39,766 nt of DNA, taken from the IMG/VR virus record IMGVR_UViG_3300045988_126628; one strand, written 5' to 3'. The position numbers and the translations under genes were made by a program. Below, one piece after another: positions 15,408-24,426 of this stretch (the stretch's first letter is position 1; each line of letters starts with the position of its first letter). The DNA is from a virus. The notes under the pieces are model-generated. The model did not search any database. It saw nothing but the letters and a program-made list of their open reading frames with translations, and was not told where the DNA came from.

Positions 15408-15721
15408 GGGTCTTTTGGAATTGATAAGATATCAACAAAAGAAGCCTTTAAAATATTCAGGATTGCAGGAATCAATTCCTTTAATTTGACATGCTCCCAG
15501 TCATCCGCCTCCATATCAGGGAAACATTTTCCTAATACTTCAACAAGCTGTTCCCATGCGCCGTACACAATATTTAAAAGTTCCCCGGTATCATTTACAT
15601 TATCTACATTCAAGAGCTTCATAAGAGAACGGATTGTTCCGAATTCTAAGTCAATCGTATGTGCCTCGCAAGTCTTGATGATTATATCATTTTCATCATA
15701 TACATTGATTTCTAATCTCAT
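15398..15721 (-). CDS. Tail assembly chaperone (gpG-like)
   Basis: 107 aa, acidic, located between the major tail protein and the tape measure. RBS AAAGGAGG. Confidence 0.75.
   Translation of the reverse strand: MRLEINVYDENDIIIKTCEAHTIDLEFGTIRSLMKLLNVDNVNDTGELLNIVYGAWEQLVEVLGKCFPDMEADDWEHVKLKELIPAILNILKASFVDILSIPKDPKN
15401..15407 (-). other. Slippery heptamer A AAA AAC for a programmed -1 frameshift
   Basis: The mRNA reads GAC CCA AAA AAC TAG. The X XXY YYZ pattern is immediately followed by the 0-frame stop. Confidence 0.6.
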
Positions 15722-15750
15722 ATAGGGCTACCTCCTTTGCAAATTTCAGC

Positions 15751-15787
15751 CTCTCGCCTGTTTCATAGTCAGCAAAACAGGCGAGAG
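15751..15787. other. 13-bp perfect stem hairpin between the major tail and chaperone genes
   Basis: CTCTCGCCTGTTT/AAACAGGCGAGAG with an 11-nt loop. No T-tract in the minus orientation. Confidence 0.6.
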
Positions 15788-15867
15788 TGTCTTTGATTCC
15801 AATTAATTAATAGTAATTAATCTAATTAATCTTTATTAATAGTATCTATTACCCTGTTTTTCATTAA

Positions 15868-16464
15868 TTATGCTCTAGCCGTAACGCTATCAGGTGTCTG
15901 GACTTTCTTAAAGAATTCTGCAGTATCAACCTTGTCAAGGCTCGTATCTACGTTGACTGCCTTTGCTGACTTACCTGTCTTAGTGAACTTATGTGTTGTA
16001 GAGATACCTGTATAAGTGATTTCCTGACCGTTTGCGTCTGTTCCGTCATCTTCTGTTGCATGATCGGAATCCGGGATATTGAATGTGCCTTTCAGCCTCC
16101 AGACAAGGATTTCTGTTCCGTCAGTTGTCTTTGTACGATAGCCAAATGCAAAATACTTTGTTGTCCTTTCCTGCTCTACCATCATGCCTGTTGCTTCGTC
16201 ATAATATTGACCTGTGATTTCCGCTAACACATCAAGAGGAATAGCAGAAGAGTTAATTGTGATTTCGTCAGAACCAGTAGAGCCAACGACAACTGCTGGA
16301 ATATTATCGTAGTAATGTGCTTCATTACTGGAATCTGTTGACTTTGCGATTTCAGAAACGCCGGCTAAGGATTTAACAGTTCCTGCTTCAAAAGTAGTAT
16401 CATCATCGGTTACGATAGGTGCATATACAGCACCCTCAACGCCTCTGTACTCAAAAATTTTCAT
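15868..16464 (-). CDS. Major tail protein (phi13/TP901-1-like)
   Basis: 198 aa, with family-like sequence and the expected position. Confidence 0.8.
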   Translation of the reverse strand: MKIFEYRGVEGAVYAPIVTDDDTTFEAGTVKSLAGVSEIAKSTDSSNEAHYYDNIPAVVVGSTGSDEITINSSAIPLDVLAEITGQYYDEATGMMVEQERTTKYFAFGYRTKTTDGTEILVWRLKGTFNIPDSDHATEDDGTDANGQEITYTGISTTHKFTKTGKSAKAVNVDTSLDKVDTAEFFKKVQTPDSVTARA

Positions 16465-16467
16465 AGG

Positions 16468-16818
16468 TTATACCTCCTGAATTTGTAAATAATATGCTCT
16501 TAACCCACGGCCGGTGTGTGTGATCTCATCACTTGCCACATCATATCCCTGACCGGGGATAATCCACTTATTTTCTTTCAATTTTGTTCTCGCTTGTGCC
16601 AGTACGGAATAGGTTTTCTCAGGGTCTGTACTGTAAAAATTCACATCGAAATCCCATCCCGTTCCGTACTCGCTATTATCATAGTGAGAATGATCGGGCG
16701 CATCGTTATTCCAAAACGTAAAAAAATGTTCGGGATATTTTTCATCAGGTGTCAAACTTCCCTGACGCAAGACCGGATATCCAAATTCGGTTAAAATATC
16801 AATCAAATTATCTTCCAT
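16468..16818 (-). CDS. Tail terminator / tail completion protein (by position)
   Basis: 116 aa, between the HK97-gp10-like and major tail genes. Confidence 0.45.
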   Translation of the reverse strand: MEDNLIDILTEFGYPVLRQGSLTPDEKYPEHFFTFWNNDAPDHSHYDNSEYGTGWDFDVNFYSTDPEKTYSVLAQARTKLKENKWIIPGQGYDVASDEITHTGRGLRAYYLQIQEV

Positions 16819-16822
16819 CTCA

Positions 16823-17257
16823 TCACCTTCCCATTCTTGCTATGATTTCTTTCTGAAAAACTTCAATCATTTCCTGTTGAACGTCTTTCATGTATTTTTT
16901 ACTCTTATAAATCTTATTTAATGCTTTGTCCGGAGCCATGCGGGGTGTACCGGTAATGAGGAAACCGCCTGCACCGGGTTTATCAAAATCGAAACCCACT
17001 CCGATTTCTGCAATAGAGCCGGTCCATTTCACTTGCGGGCTGTGAACAACACTCTCTTTTGTCTCTCCTGATGAATATTTACCTCCACGTGGTAAGTTTG
17101 GCTCAGCTACAGCATTTAGTGTATCGTTTGTGATTTTTACACCCGCTTTATTTAGCGCCTGATCCACAACCGGTTTTATATCTGCTTCCAGTTTCTCTAA
17201 CTTAGCTATGCACTCCTCAAAGCCACCCGTTTCTAACCTGAGCAAGTTCTTCCCCAT
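16823..17257 (-). CDS. HK97 gp10-like tail/neck component
   Basis: 144 aa, with family-like N-terminus GGFEECIAKLEKLEADIKPVVDQAL. Confidence 0.65.
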   Translation of the reverse strand: MGKNLLRLETGGFEECIAKLEKLEADIKPVVDQALNKAGVKITNDTLNAVAEPNLPRGGKYSSGETKESVVHSPQVKWTGSIAEIGVGFDFDKPGAGGFLITGTPRMAPDKALNKIYKSKKYMKDVQQEMIEVFQKEIIARMGR

Positions 17258-17614
17258 TTACACACCACCCTTGACTCTGCGTACCTTAAATGCACAATAC
17301 TGATTACGCATATTGATATTTTCAGGTTCATTTATGATGTCATACATTGCACCGCTTTCCGCGAGCATTATGCGGCAATCTGCCTTTATGTCTGGCCGAA
17401 AGTATGTCTCAACCTTGGCTGTGTCTTCTATTGCATAGACATCATTTTCATTACGTTCTGTACCTCCATACGTCTTAAAGCTGCAGTAGATTACCGGACC
17501 GCTTTCTGGATACGCTTTTCTTCGTACACCCTTAACAGTCGCATACTCTGGAATAATTAACATTATCGGCGTAACAAACGGGGATGATGGTCTATAACTG
17601 CTCATTGCCGTCAC
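17258..17614 (-). CDS. Head closure / head-tail adaptor protein
   Basis: 118 aa. Position and size fit the Phage_H_T_join slot. Confidence 0.6.
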   Translation of the reverse strand: MTAMSSYRPSSPFVTPIMLIIPEYATVKGVRRKAYPESGPVIYCSFKTYGGTERNENDVYAIEDTAKVETYFRPDIKADCRIMLAESGAMYDIINEPENINMRNQYCAFKVRRVKGGV

Positions 17615-17876
17615 CGCCTTTATAGGCTAACTGTGTGACTCTTTGAAAGAAGTAAGGGGAAAACTCCCCGTTACCGCTTCCGTAGTCCCACAGATCGGAT
17701 ACACCACGGGTGACAGCACCGACTATCTGGCCGGAAGACAATGTCTTTTCGGACACACCCGCATCTAACATAAAATCCCTGACATCCTGAATGTGACCTA
17801 TTAAAGTATCATCCTGATAATCGCCTGTGACTCCGATTCTTTTTTTAACCTCTGTCAACAATTCTGTATCTGTCAC
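17592..17876 (-). CDS. gp6-like head-tail connector
   Basis: 94 aa. LLTEVKKRIGVTGDYQDDTLIGHIQDVRDFM is a typical pattern for the family. Confidence 0.7.
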   Translation of the reverse strand: MTDTELLTEVKKRIGVTGDYQDDTLIGHIQDVRDFMLDAGVSEKTLSSGQIVGAVTRGVSDLWDYGSGNGEFSPYFFQRVTQLAYKGGDGNEQL

Positions 17877-18090
17877 CCGTGTTCACTCCTTTACTCTTTT
17901 GTCTGTTTCGCAGTGTATGCCGCCGTAATCTCATTGATAACTTCCGGGATAGTCGCTCCGGAGATATCCGCCGCAGTGGCATCGCCCTTAATCGCTGCAC
18001 ATAAACCTTTTAATGCTTCTACTGTTGTATCTATTACTTCCATTCTTACACCTCTCGTTCATTATTGTGCCGGCACAATTGTTGCAGAAA

Positions 18091-19434
18091 TTATTTTTTC
18101 TTAATGATGTAAACGCCCGATGGATCTAAAATCTTACCATCTACAATAGTGAGACCTTTGTTCACCCATTCGTTCTTTTCCTCGTCAAAATAACGTTTCA
18201 TGCCAAACGCCATGTTGGTATTGATTGCGTAGTCATTAGGAATCCAGTAAACACCTACCACGTCTCCGCTTGATGCACTATCAAAGTCCGCTACAATATC
18301 AGGCTCTACCATCGTTACCTCACGACCGTAGAAACGGCCTGTGACAGCCGATTCCTCGACGTCTAAATTTGCCGCTTCACGGAATACCGGGCGATTGTTT
18401 GCGTCTTTCATAGTCAAAAGATTGCTCTCAACTGTTCCGGCAGTAAAAACAAACTCGCCCTGCCCACGTTTTGAAAGTGGGATAATAGCAAATAATTTCT
18501 TTCTCCATTTTTCCCAATCGGAGAATTCGGCCGCCGTAAATTCAATCACATGACCGTCCTGGCTTGTCACGCGAGTATCTTTGAGAATACCAAGCATCTG
18601 ACCGGTGCCGGACCCATTCATGATACCTTCATCCATCGCCTTAACGTACGCCTCTGTCATAATTCTTACAATCTCATCCTCGAACAGAGAAAGAGTTACA
18701 ACCTGTGAAAGTAATGTCTGTGACACACGAATCTCGCCCATGTTATAAGAGAACTCAACATACTCATTAACATCTCCGGCTTTCTGTCTGTCGGATGTTT
18801 TTGTCTCCGTAATCCACTTGAAATTAGCTTTCAGGTCAGAGATCGGGAATTTTACACCACCCTGAATATTAAGTTTACGTACTTTAGAATACAGCTGTCC
18901 GTATACCTTAGATACTTTCTTGATAAACTCATTCATGATGGTAGTCGGGATGATTGCACCTAATTCAGATGTGATGGTTGGGCCAGGGTCGCCACCCGCT
19001 CTCTGAATCAATTCTGTTGGAATCGGTGTGCCACGCTGTACATATTCCTTAAAAGCATTACGATACTCGACGCTTGCATAAGGATCATTGTTAACAGGCT
19101 GTGCGCTCATATTAGTACGCTGTCCGTATGCGCCTCTAACCGCAGTCATACCAACAGGCTCATTTGTAAGTGGTACAAGTCCTCTCTGCTGCGGGTTAGA
19201 TGGTTCATTTGTAGGTTCATCTGGGTCACCACTTGGTGAAGGTTCGCCATCCCCTTTGTCAATCACTTCGATCTCTTCTTCTGTTTCGGAAATCTCTGCA
19301 TTAATGTCTTCTAACTGCTCGTTAATGCTTCTTACTTCTGCAGCATCCTGTGAAGCTAATGCTCTTTCTTTCAATTTCTGTTTTTTTGTCCGTAAACGCA
19401 GTAAGCGCTTCTCTAAAATTGCTTTTCTACCCAT
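18091..19434 (-). CDS. Major capsid protein, HK97 fold, with an N-terminal scaffold-like coiled coil
   Basis: 447 aa. Charged coiled-coil N-terminus followed by a capsid domain. Follows the prohead protease. Confidence 0.9.
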   Translation of the reverse strand: MGRKAILEKRLLRLRTKKQKLKERALASQDAAEVRSINEQLEDINAEISETEEEIEVIDKGDGEPSPSGDPDEPTNEPSNPQQRGLVPLTNEPVGMTAVRGAYGQRTNMSAQPVNNDPYASVEYRNAFKEYVQRGTPIPTELIQRAGGDPGPTITSELGAIIPTTIMNEFIKKVSKVYGQLYSKVRKLNIQGGVKFPISDLKANFKWITETKTSDRQKAGDVNEYVEFSYNMGEIRVSQTLLSQVVTLSLFEDEIVRIMTEAYVKAMDEGIMNGSGTGQMLGILKDTRVTSQDGHVIEFTAAEFSDWEKWRKKLFAIIPLSKRGQGEFVFTAGTVESNLLTMKDANNRPVFREAANLDVEESAVTGRFYGREVTMVEPDIVADFDSASSGDVVGVYWIPNDYAINTNMAFGMKRYFDEEKNEWVNKGLTIVDGKILDPSGVYIIKKK

Positions 19435-19435
19435 C

Positions 19436-20098
19436 TTAAAAACCTCCTAAGATTTCAGTTTTTGTTTTCAATAGTGCTAATTCATTGTCAGTGTCCACCG
19501 ACGTACCACGGTGCTGTCTTGCACTATCCAGCGCAGACCGGGCATTGTCCAACGCCCCCTTGCAGCGTGCATTTATCTCAGTGCTTTCGTAAGCCGGAAA
19601 TGTTACCGCACTTACTTCCACGACTGTACTAATATCTTTGATGTGGCGGGTCGGGTGGTCGGAATCTAAGTTTTCCCACTCCTCGTCCCGGATTCCGAAC
19701 ATGAAACTCATACCAGATATATCGCCACGCTGTACAGCACTATACAAAGCTCTGGCTTCGGAATTATTTTCGACATCCAGTGTTACCCGGATTCCAAGAC
19801 CATCATTATCCGTTGTAAGCTGCATTGTGCTGTTTGCTGTATTTCGCCTTGAGCGTGCCAACGGAATTTTACTTGTATCATGATTTACTAAAAATCGAAC
19901 ATCCGTTAAATCCGTATTATTTAAAGCTCCCGGTTCTATAATTTCATCGAACCAGCCTAAATCTGTACGACTATTATAAACAATCGGCCGTCCGGTGATG
20001 ATATTTCCGGCTTCTGTTTCTTCTGCCCGGACTTCAAAATTGTAGGAACGCCGTTCTAACTCTTTATTCTTCATTTTTATTTTCACCTCCGCCATCAT
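19436..20098 (-). CDS. HK97-family prohead protease
   Basis: 220 aa, with FLVNHD and MSFMFG motifs, between the portal and capsid genes. Confidence 0.85.
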   Translation of the reverse strand: MMAEVKIKMKNKELERRSYNFEVRAEETEAGNIITGRPIVYNSRTDLGWFDEIIEPGALNNTDLTDVRFLVNHDTSKIPLARSRRNTANSTMQLTTDNDGLGIRVTLDVENNSEARALYSAVQRGDISGMSFMFGIRDEEWENLDSDHPTRHIKDISTVVEVSAVTFPAYESTEINARCKGALDNARSALDSARQHRGTSVDTDNELALLKTKTEILGGF

Positions 20099-21338
20099 CC
20101 GAGAAACCTTTACCAGTCTTGTTATTCATCTGGTATTGATTTGCAATATCAACGTCAACCCAATTCAAACTCATGTACCTCTTACCTTCCAATTCGGGTA
20201 GTGGCTGTAATCCGAACGCTACCCTCTTTTCATTCTCGTAAATTGAACCGGTATTACTTAACATATTCACCATTTCAAGTGTCTGATCTACCGTCATGAA
20301 AATGAGGTCTTTCGGATATAACCTTATCTCGTTGCCAAACGCTCTTTCACGTCTTGTGAACAACTTCTTTGTGAACGCCTGTGAAATAGATATGATAAGT
20401 GGCTCGAGTGTTTTCTGGTAGAACGCGGCATATTGTCCTTTTGTATAATCTCCTGTCAGAATTGAAAGTGGCACACCCCAGTTTCTTAAGATTTTTTCAT
20501 CAATAAACTTCAAGGTGGTTTCATCAACTAACTGCGTTGATCTCTCTAACGGCGTAAATTCAGATTTTAAATCAAGAGGCAAAAAGCCACTCTCCGAATT
20601 TCTCAGTTTTGTTTCTAATTCCTGCATAGCCGCCTCTGTTTTACCATCATCAAGCATCGTGTTGTATTTTACAACGCCGTTAACTGCATAAGAGGCTTTC
20701 ATCGCTTTGGCAACGCCTTCAAGGAGCGTTTGATTCAACTGTAAAGTGTCTAATACAGGTTTATGATCCGGCTGACCGGATACATCTCCTCCCATATACT
20801 CATTAATAGAATAGTTATATTTAATGTGAATCAGATCACTGTAAGGTATCGTTGTTTCAAAGTTATTCTCGAATCGCATCTTCACATATAACCGGTTTGA
20901 TTCATCCTCAATAAACTCTACAAAAGTAGGTTTCAAAGGATAAAGACCGTCATATACCCTTACCTGTGTCCCGTCTTTATTCGTATAAATGTAATATGTC
21001 GGTAAAATAAAAGCGTTATAATTTAAGAGTAACAACCATGTGATTTTTTCTAAAAACTCACTCGTTGTCATTACCAGATTCGGGTCATTTAACAACGTTT
21101 GTATCGTGCCACTTACCGGCACGGGGTCATTTCTGTTATACCGGATATGTGTAGGGTTGAGTTTCTTCATTTCATCTACAATACACTTAACCGCTTGCTG
21201 AACTACATCAGACGCATAAATATTCGTACCAAATTGGGAGAAGATAGGTGTATAACCATTGAGCATCTGCGCCCATTTCTGCTTTTTTGGTGATTTTCGT
21301 TTTAATTTATCAAGCCATCCCACACTATCACCTCTCAA
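20064..21338 (-). CDS. Portal protein (HK97 family)
   Basis: 424 aa, directly after TerL, with a family-like N-terminal region. Confidence 0.85.
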   Translation of the reverse strand: MRGDSVGWLDKLKRKSPKKQKWAQMLNGYTPIFSQFGTNIYASDVVQQAVKCIVDEMKKLNPTHIRYNRNDPVPVSGTIQTLLNDPNLVMTTSEFLEKITWLLLLNYNAFILPTYYIYTNKDGTQVRVYDGLYPLKPTFVEFIEDESNRLYVKMRFENNFETTIPYSDLIHIKYNYSINEYMGGDVSGQPDHKPVLDTLQLNQTLLEGVAKAMKASYAVNGVVKYNTMLDDGKTEAAMQELETKLRNSESGFLPLDLKSEFTPLERSTQLVDETTLKFIDEKILRNWGVPLSILTGDYTKGQYAAFYQKTLEPLIISISQAFTKKLFTRRERAFGNEIRLYPKDLIFMTVDQTLEMVNMLSNTGSIYENEKRVAFGLQPLPELEGKRYMSLNWVDVDIANQYQMNNKTGKGFSDDGGGENKNEE

Positions 21339-23079
21339 TCATGGCTTTAAATTCTGTACGGTAACGTCTGTACATCTCATATAAAATGATTAAGCATACC
21401 GCCCCGTCAATTCGTTTCGGTGCTTCCTGTTTGATACACAAGCACTGTCCTACGTCGTCAACTTTGATGCCTGCATTTCCTAAACACCACCGGTCAATCA
21501 CATTCTCATTGTAGTTAACTAATTGGTGTTTTAAATCTGCTTCACATAACTTCATTGCGTTACTTAGTGTTTGTGCGTTCTGTAAAATCATTACCAAGTC
21601 AGAATCATCCCCGCCGGTACGCTGCCAGCCGTAAAAATCCATCTTAGTAAGCCAATCTTTCGCGAACTTCTGGTCGTATCCGCATTTCCAAAGTCGAATA
21701 TTATAGTCTGTATAGAGGTTATAAAACCAGTCTGCGATTTTTGCAAGGTCAATATCATTTCCCTCGGTGATTGTCAAGAATCCGGCTTTCGCCCAGTCCT
21801 TATACCTTGCCCCGGCGTTCCAATCGTCCGAATCCTCTAACTTACTTTCAGGAATAAAATAATGCTGATATATGTATTTTGTCGGGTCATTCGGCTTCAT
21901 GAGTAGGATTTTTGCCGCCGATAAGTCGGTTGTTTCCGATAAGTCAACGGCCCCCAAACATTTCGCGTTTTCAAACCCTTCTAAATCAAAAACGGCGGTA
22001 TATGTATAATCTTCTAAGTTTAACCATGCTTCTATACCATTTTGTTTGATATTAAAATCCTTTGATAGTACAAAAATACGGTCGGCCTTTGATGTTTTCG
22101 CCGTGTCTACCTGTTCTTCTAGGTATTCCCACTTTTTAACCATGCCTAAAGTGGGATTTGACTTTTCCCATAACCTATTCTTTCGGTTACCGTCCCAAAC
22201 TTCTTGTTCAGAATCCTGCGTGTATAACCATGGTAAAAGCCTTTCGGCTGCCACACCGTCGTCCTCTTTTTGGATAACTCGACGCGCCTTTTTTAATTCG
22301 TCGTCAAGGTATCCATCCACAACAAACCCCTCTGTCGTGATATTGATAAATTTCGGGTTATCCTTTAGGGACTGCGATTGCTCGATTGATTTACCGATGA
22401 TGTTTTCTTTCATTTCGTGGGTTTCATCCACGATGGCAAAATCAATATTTCGCCCCTCTTTGTTCTTTGTCCGGTCGGACATTTTAAAAATCTTTGTGTT
22501 TGTTGATTTATTCAGAATAAACCTTTGATTTCTCTTTGTGTCAAGGTCCTTCGGGTCGTATAATTGCCGCATCAAGTCAATAGCATCATACACAATACTG
22601 CACTGTGCTTCGTCATTTGAGCTACAACAAATATCTGCACCCTCGTTACCTGTGATAAATTCGGCGTTAGCTAGTGCCGAACTCGTTTCGCTCTTAGTGT
22701 TCTTACGGGCTATCAAAAGAATCGTCTTTTTGAACCTATCAAATGTGGTTTCTGACATTTTAAAACTGTAAAACGCCTCTATCCACGCTTTCTGCCAGAG
22801 CATCAAAACCATTGGTTTATTGTAGTAAGGGGATTTTGTCAGCCGGATACAATTTTCCATGAAGTTCATGCGTAAATTTGCCGCCTCGGTATCATAAAAA
22901 TACCTTTCGTTATGGAAATCCTCGGCCAAGTTATCAAGCTCCTGCCATAGCTCTTGACCTATGACAATCTCACCCGTTTCGGCCTTTGCCCGGTACTCTA
23001 ATAAAAAACTATTGTCCGGAGTCCAAATCTTTTTACTTTGAATTAGCATATCTGCACTACAAATCTCCCTTAGAGACAA
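21328..23079 (-). CDS. terL: Terminase large subunit (Terminase_1-like)
   Basis: 583 aa. Walker A-like IARKNTKSE and Walker B-like FAIVDETHE. The start may be an internal Met (23049). Confidence 0.9.
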   Translation of the reverse strand: MSLREICSADMLIQSKKIWTPDNSFLLEYRAKAETGEIVIGQELWQELDNLAEDFHNERYFYDTEAANLRMNFMENCIRLTKSPYYNKPMVLMLWQKAWIEAFYSFKMSETTFDRFKKTILLIARKNTKSETSSALANAEFITGNEGADICCSSNDEAQCSIVYDAIDLMRQLYDPKDLDTKRNQRFILNKSTNTKIFKMSDRTKNKEGRNIDFAIVDETHEMKENIIGKSIEQSQSLKDNPKFINITTEGFVVDGYLDDELKKARRVIQKEDDGVAAERLLPWLYTQDSEQEVWDGNRKNRLWEKSNPTLGMVKKWEYLEEQVDTAKTSKADRIFVLSKDFNIKQNGIEAWLNLEDYTYTAVFDLEGFENAKCLGAVDLSETTDLSAAKILLMKPNDPTKYIYQHYFIPESKLEDSDDWNAGARYKDWAKAGFLTITEGNDIDLAKIADWFYNLYTDYNIRLWKCGYDQKFAKDWLTKMDFYGWQRTGGDDSDLVMILQNAQTLSNAMKLCEADLKHQLVNYNENVIDRWCLGNAGIKVDDVGQCLCIKQEAPKRIDGAVCLIILYEMYRRYRTEFKAMIER

Positions 23080-23509
23080 CTATTTTACTCCACCGTCCGT
23101 GGTATTTGCCAAAGAGTGGGCGCGCTCTAATATAATAATTCTGGTGTACTGTTTTACACGGTGTGTCATGCAAATTACAAACGTATTCCATAGTGGATGA
23201 TACCCACTTCTCGCTACCAGTTTGTCTATGTACATCCTTGCGAAAATTCTTATCAGGTGAAATTTGATGTTCATATCCCGTTGCACCTTGCACGTGTGTC
23301 CATTTATACATATATTTACGTTCGGTTTTTCCAATCGTATTATAGCTAATTGACACTTTCACGGGTTTATGTGTCATTGCACGCACAAAATTTTTATAAT
23401 TTTCCACGCGGTATGGCCGGGTAGGTGTTTTCTGCTTTGCGGATACGCTAACCGGGCATAATAAACAAATTGATAATATCACCCCTAAAAATAATGTTTT
23501 TACTTTCAT
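23057..23509 (-). CDS. Secreted Fn3-like protein inserted between TerS and TerL
   Basis: 150 aa. Signal peptide MKVKTLFLGVILSICLLCPVSVSA|K. GATGYEHQIS ... YYIRARP ... GRWS is an Fn3-like pattern. Confidence 0.6.
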   Translation of the reverse strand: MKVKTLFLGVILSICLLCPVSVSAKQKTPTRPYRVENYKNFVRAMTHKPVKVSISYNTIGKTERKYMYKWTHVQGATGYEHQISPDKNFRKDVHRQTGSEKWVSSTMEYVCNLHDTPCKTVHQNYYIRARPLFGKYHGRWSKIVVSKGDL

Positions 23510-23522
23510 GATAACCTCTCTT

Positions 23523-23831
23523 TCATTCTACGTGACTCTTTACCCATTTCCTTAACGGGCTTTCTTCGCCCCCTTCGTCGTGGCCGGTTGCCCGTGTCAA
23601 AACTTTAATAATATTCGTGTATTGCTGCAAAAGTTCTTTGTATTGTTTTTGTGCCGGTGTGCTTTTCTGCTGCGTAGGGTTCTTAGGGTTGACCTTGATA
23701 AATGGCAATTTCTTCAAATCTTCCAGTCGATTTTCCAGAAAAATAACTTCGTCAATGAGTGGCAACAAAATAATTTTATCTTCGTCTGAATTACAACAAT
23801 ATTCAATTAATTCTATTCGCCTATCTCTCAT
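23523..23831 (-). CDS. Putative terminase small subunit (P27-like)
   Basis: ATG 23831 overlaps the upstream stop (ATGA coupling). PAQKQYKELLQQY region. Lies immediately upstream of the TerL block. Confidence 0.55.
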   Translation of the reverse strand: MRDRRIELIEYCCNSDEDKIILLPLIDEVIFLENRLEDLKKLPFIKVNPKNPTQQKSTPAQKQYKELLQQYTNIIKVLTRATGHDEGGEESPLRKWVKSHVE

Positions 23832-24412
23832 GACACATTCACTTTCCCATCCCAATCAAGCGCAAACACACTAATGTCATATATCTGCACATTTACGGCC
23901 ATGCTTTCAACCGGTGCGATACGAAAATCAACCGTGTTTCCTTCGGATAATTCTAAAATTAACGTAGTCATAAAAACACGATAAATGTTACCCGGTGTGC
24001 TATAAGTTGCGCAATGTGACGCAAGTCGTGAACCATTTACATACGGCGCAAACTCTACTCTCTTATTTGCGGTACCTGAATTGACACCGACTCGAATTTG
24101 AAAAACGTACAAACCAGCCTTATTCACTTTAATCTGATTATTTGAGTTTTTCGTATAGAGTGAATTTAACCAACCATTGCTCACGGTTGTAAATGCTGGA
24201 ACCTGTGTATATTTACCGTTGCTGGTGCCGCACTTAGTACTTGCGTTACCATAACCGTGAACTACGTGGCCAGACCTTAAATAACTTACTATTGGACTAT
24301 CGCCCTTATCACCTTTGTCGCCCTTATCGCCTTTCGCCCCTGCGTGTGCGTCAACATACGCTTTTATTTTAGACCAAAGATATTTCAAACCAGTGCTATC
24401 TAAATAACCCAC
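23828..24412 (-). CDS. Collagen-like (G-X-Y x5) fibre protein with a C1q/BclA-like C-terminal domain
   Basis: 194 aa. GAKGDKGDKGDKGDS followed by a beta-rich C-terminus. The N-terminus YLDSTGLKYLWSKIK is shared with the next gene. Confidence 0.6.
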   Translation of the reverse strand: MGYLDSTGLKYLWSKIKAYVDAHAGAKGDKGDKGDKGDSPIVSYLRSGHVVHGYGNASTKCGTSNGKYTQVPAFTTVSNGWLNSLYTKNSNNQIKVNKAGLYVFQIRVGVNSGTANKRVEFAPYVNGSRLASHCATYSTPGNIYRVFMTTLILELSEGNTVDFRIAPVESMAVNVQIYDISVFALDWDGKVNVS

Positions 24413-24426
24413 GCTCTCACCTCACT

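Noticed and set aside
17913-18104. The 63-aa + strand ORF and a 37-aa minus-strand ORF (18043-17930, good RBS GAGAGGTG) in the gap between the capsid and connector genes, plus the palindrome ATTGTGCCGGCACAAT (18065-18080)
   Set aside because: The + strand ORF has no RBS and is hydrophobic low-complexity. The 37-aa ORF is too short to support: on first reading I took it to be 50 aa, and recounting showed an earlier stop. The palindrome is probably an mRNA-stabilising or partial terminator hairpin after the capsid gene. It is noted but not called as a feature.
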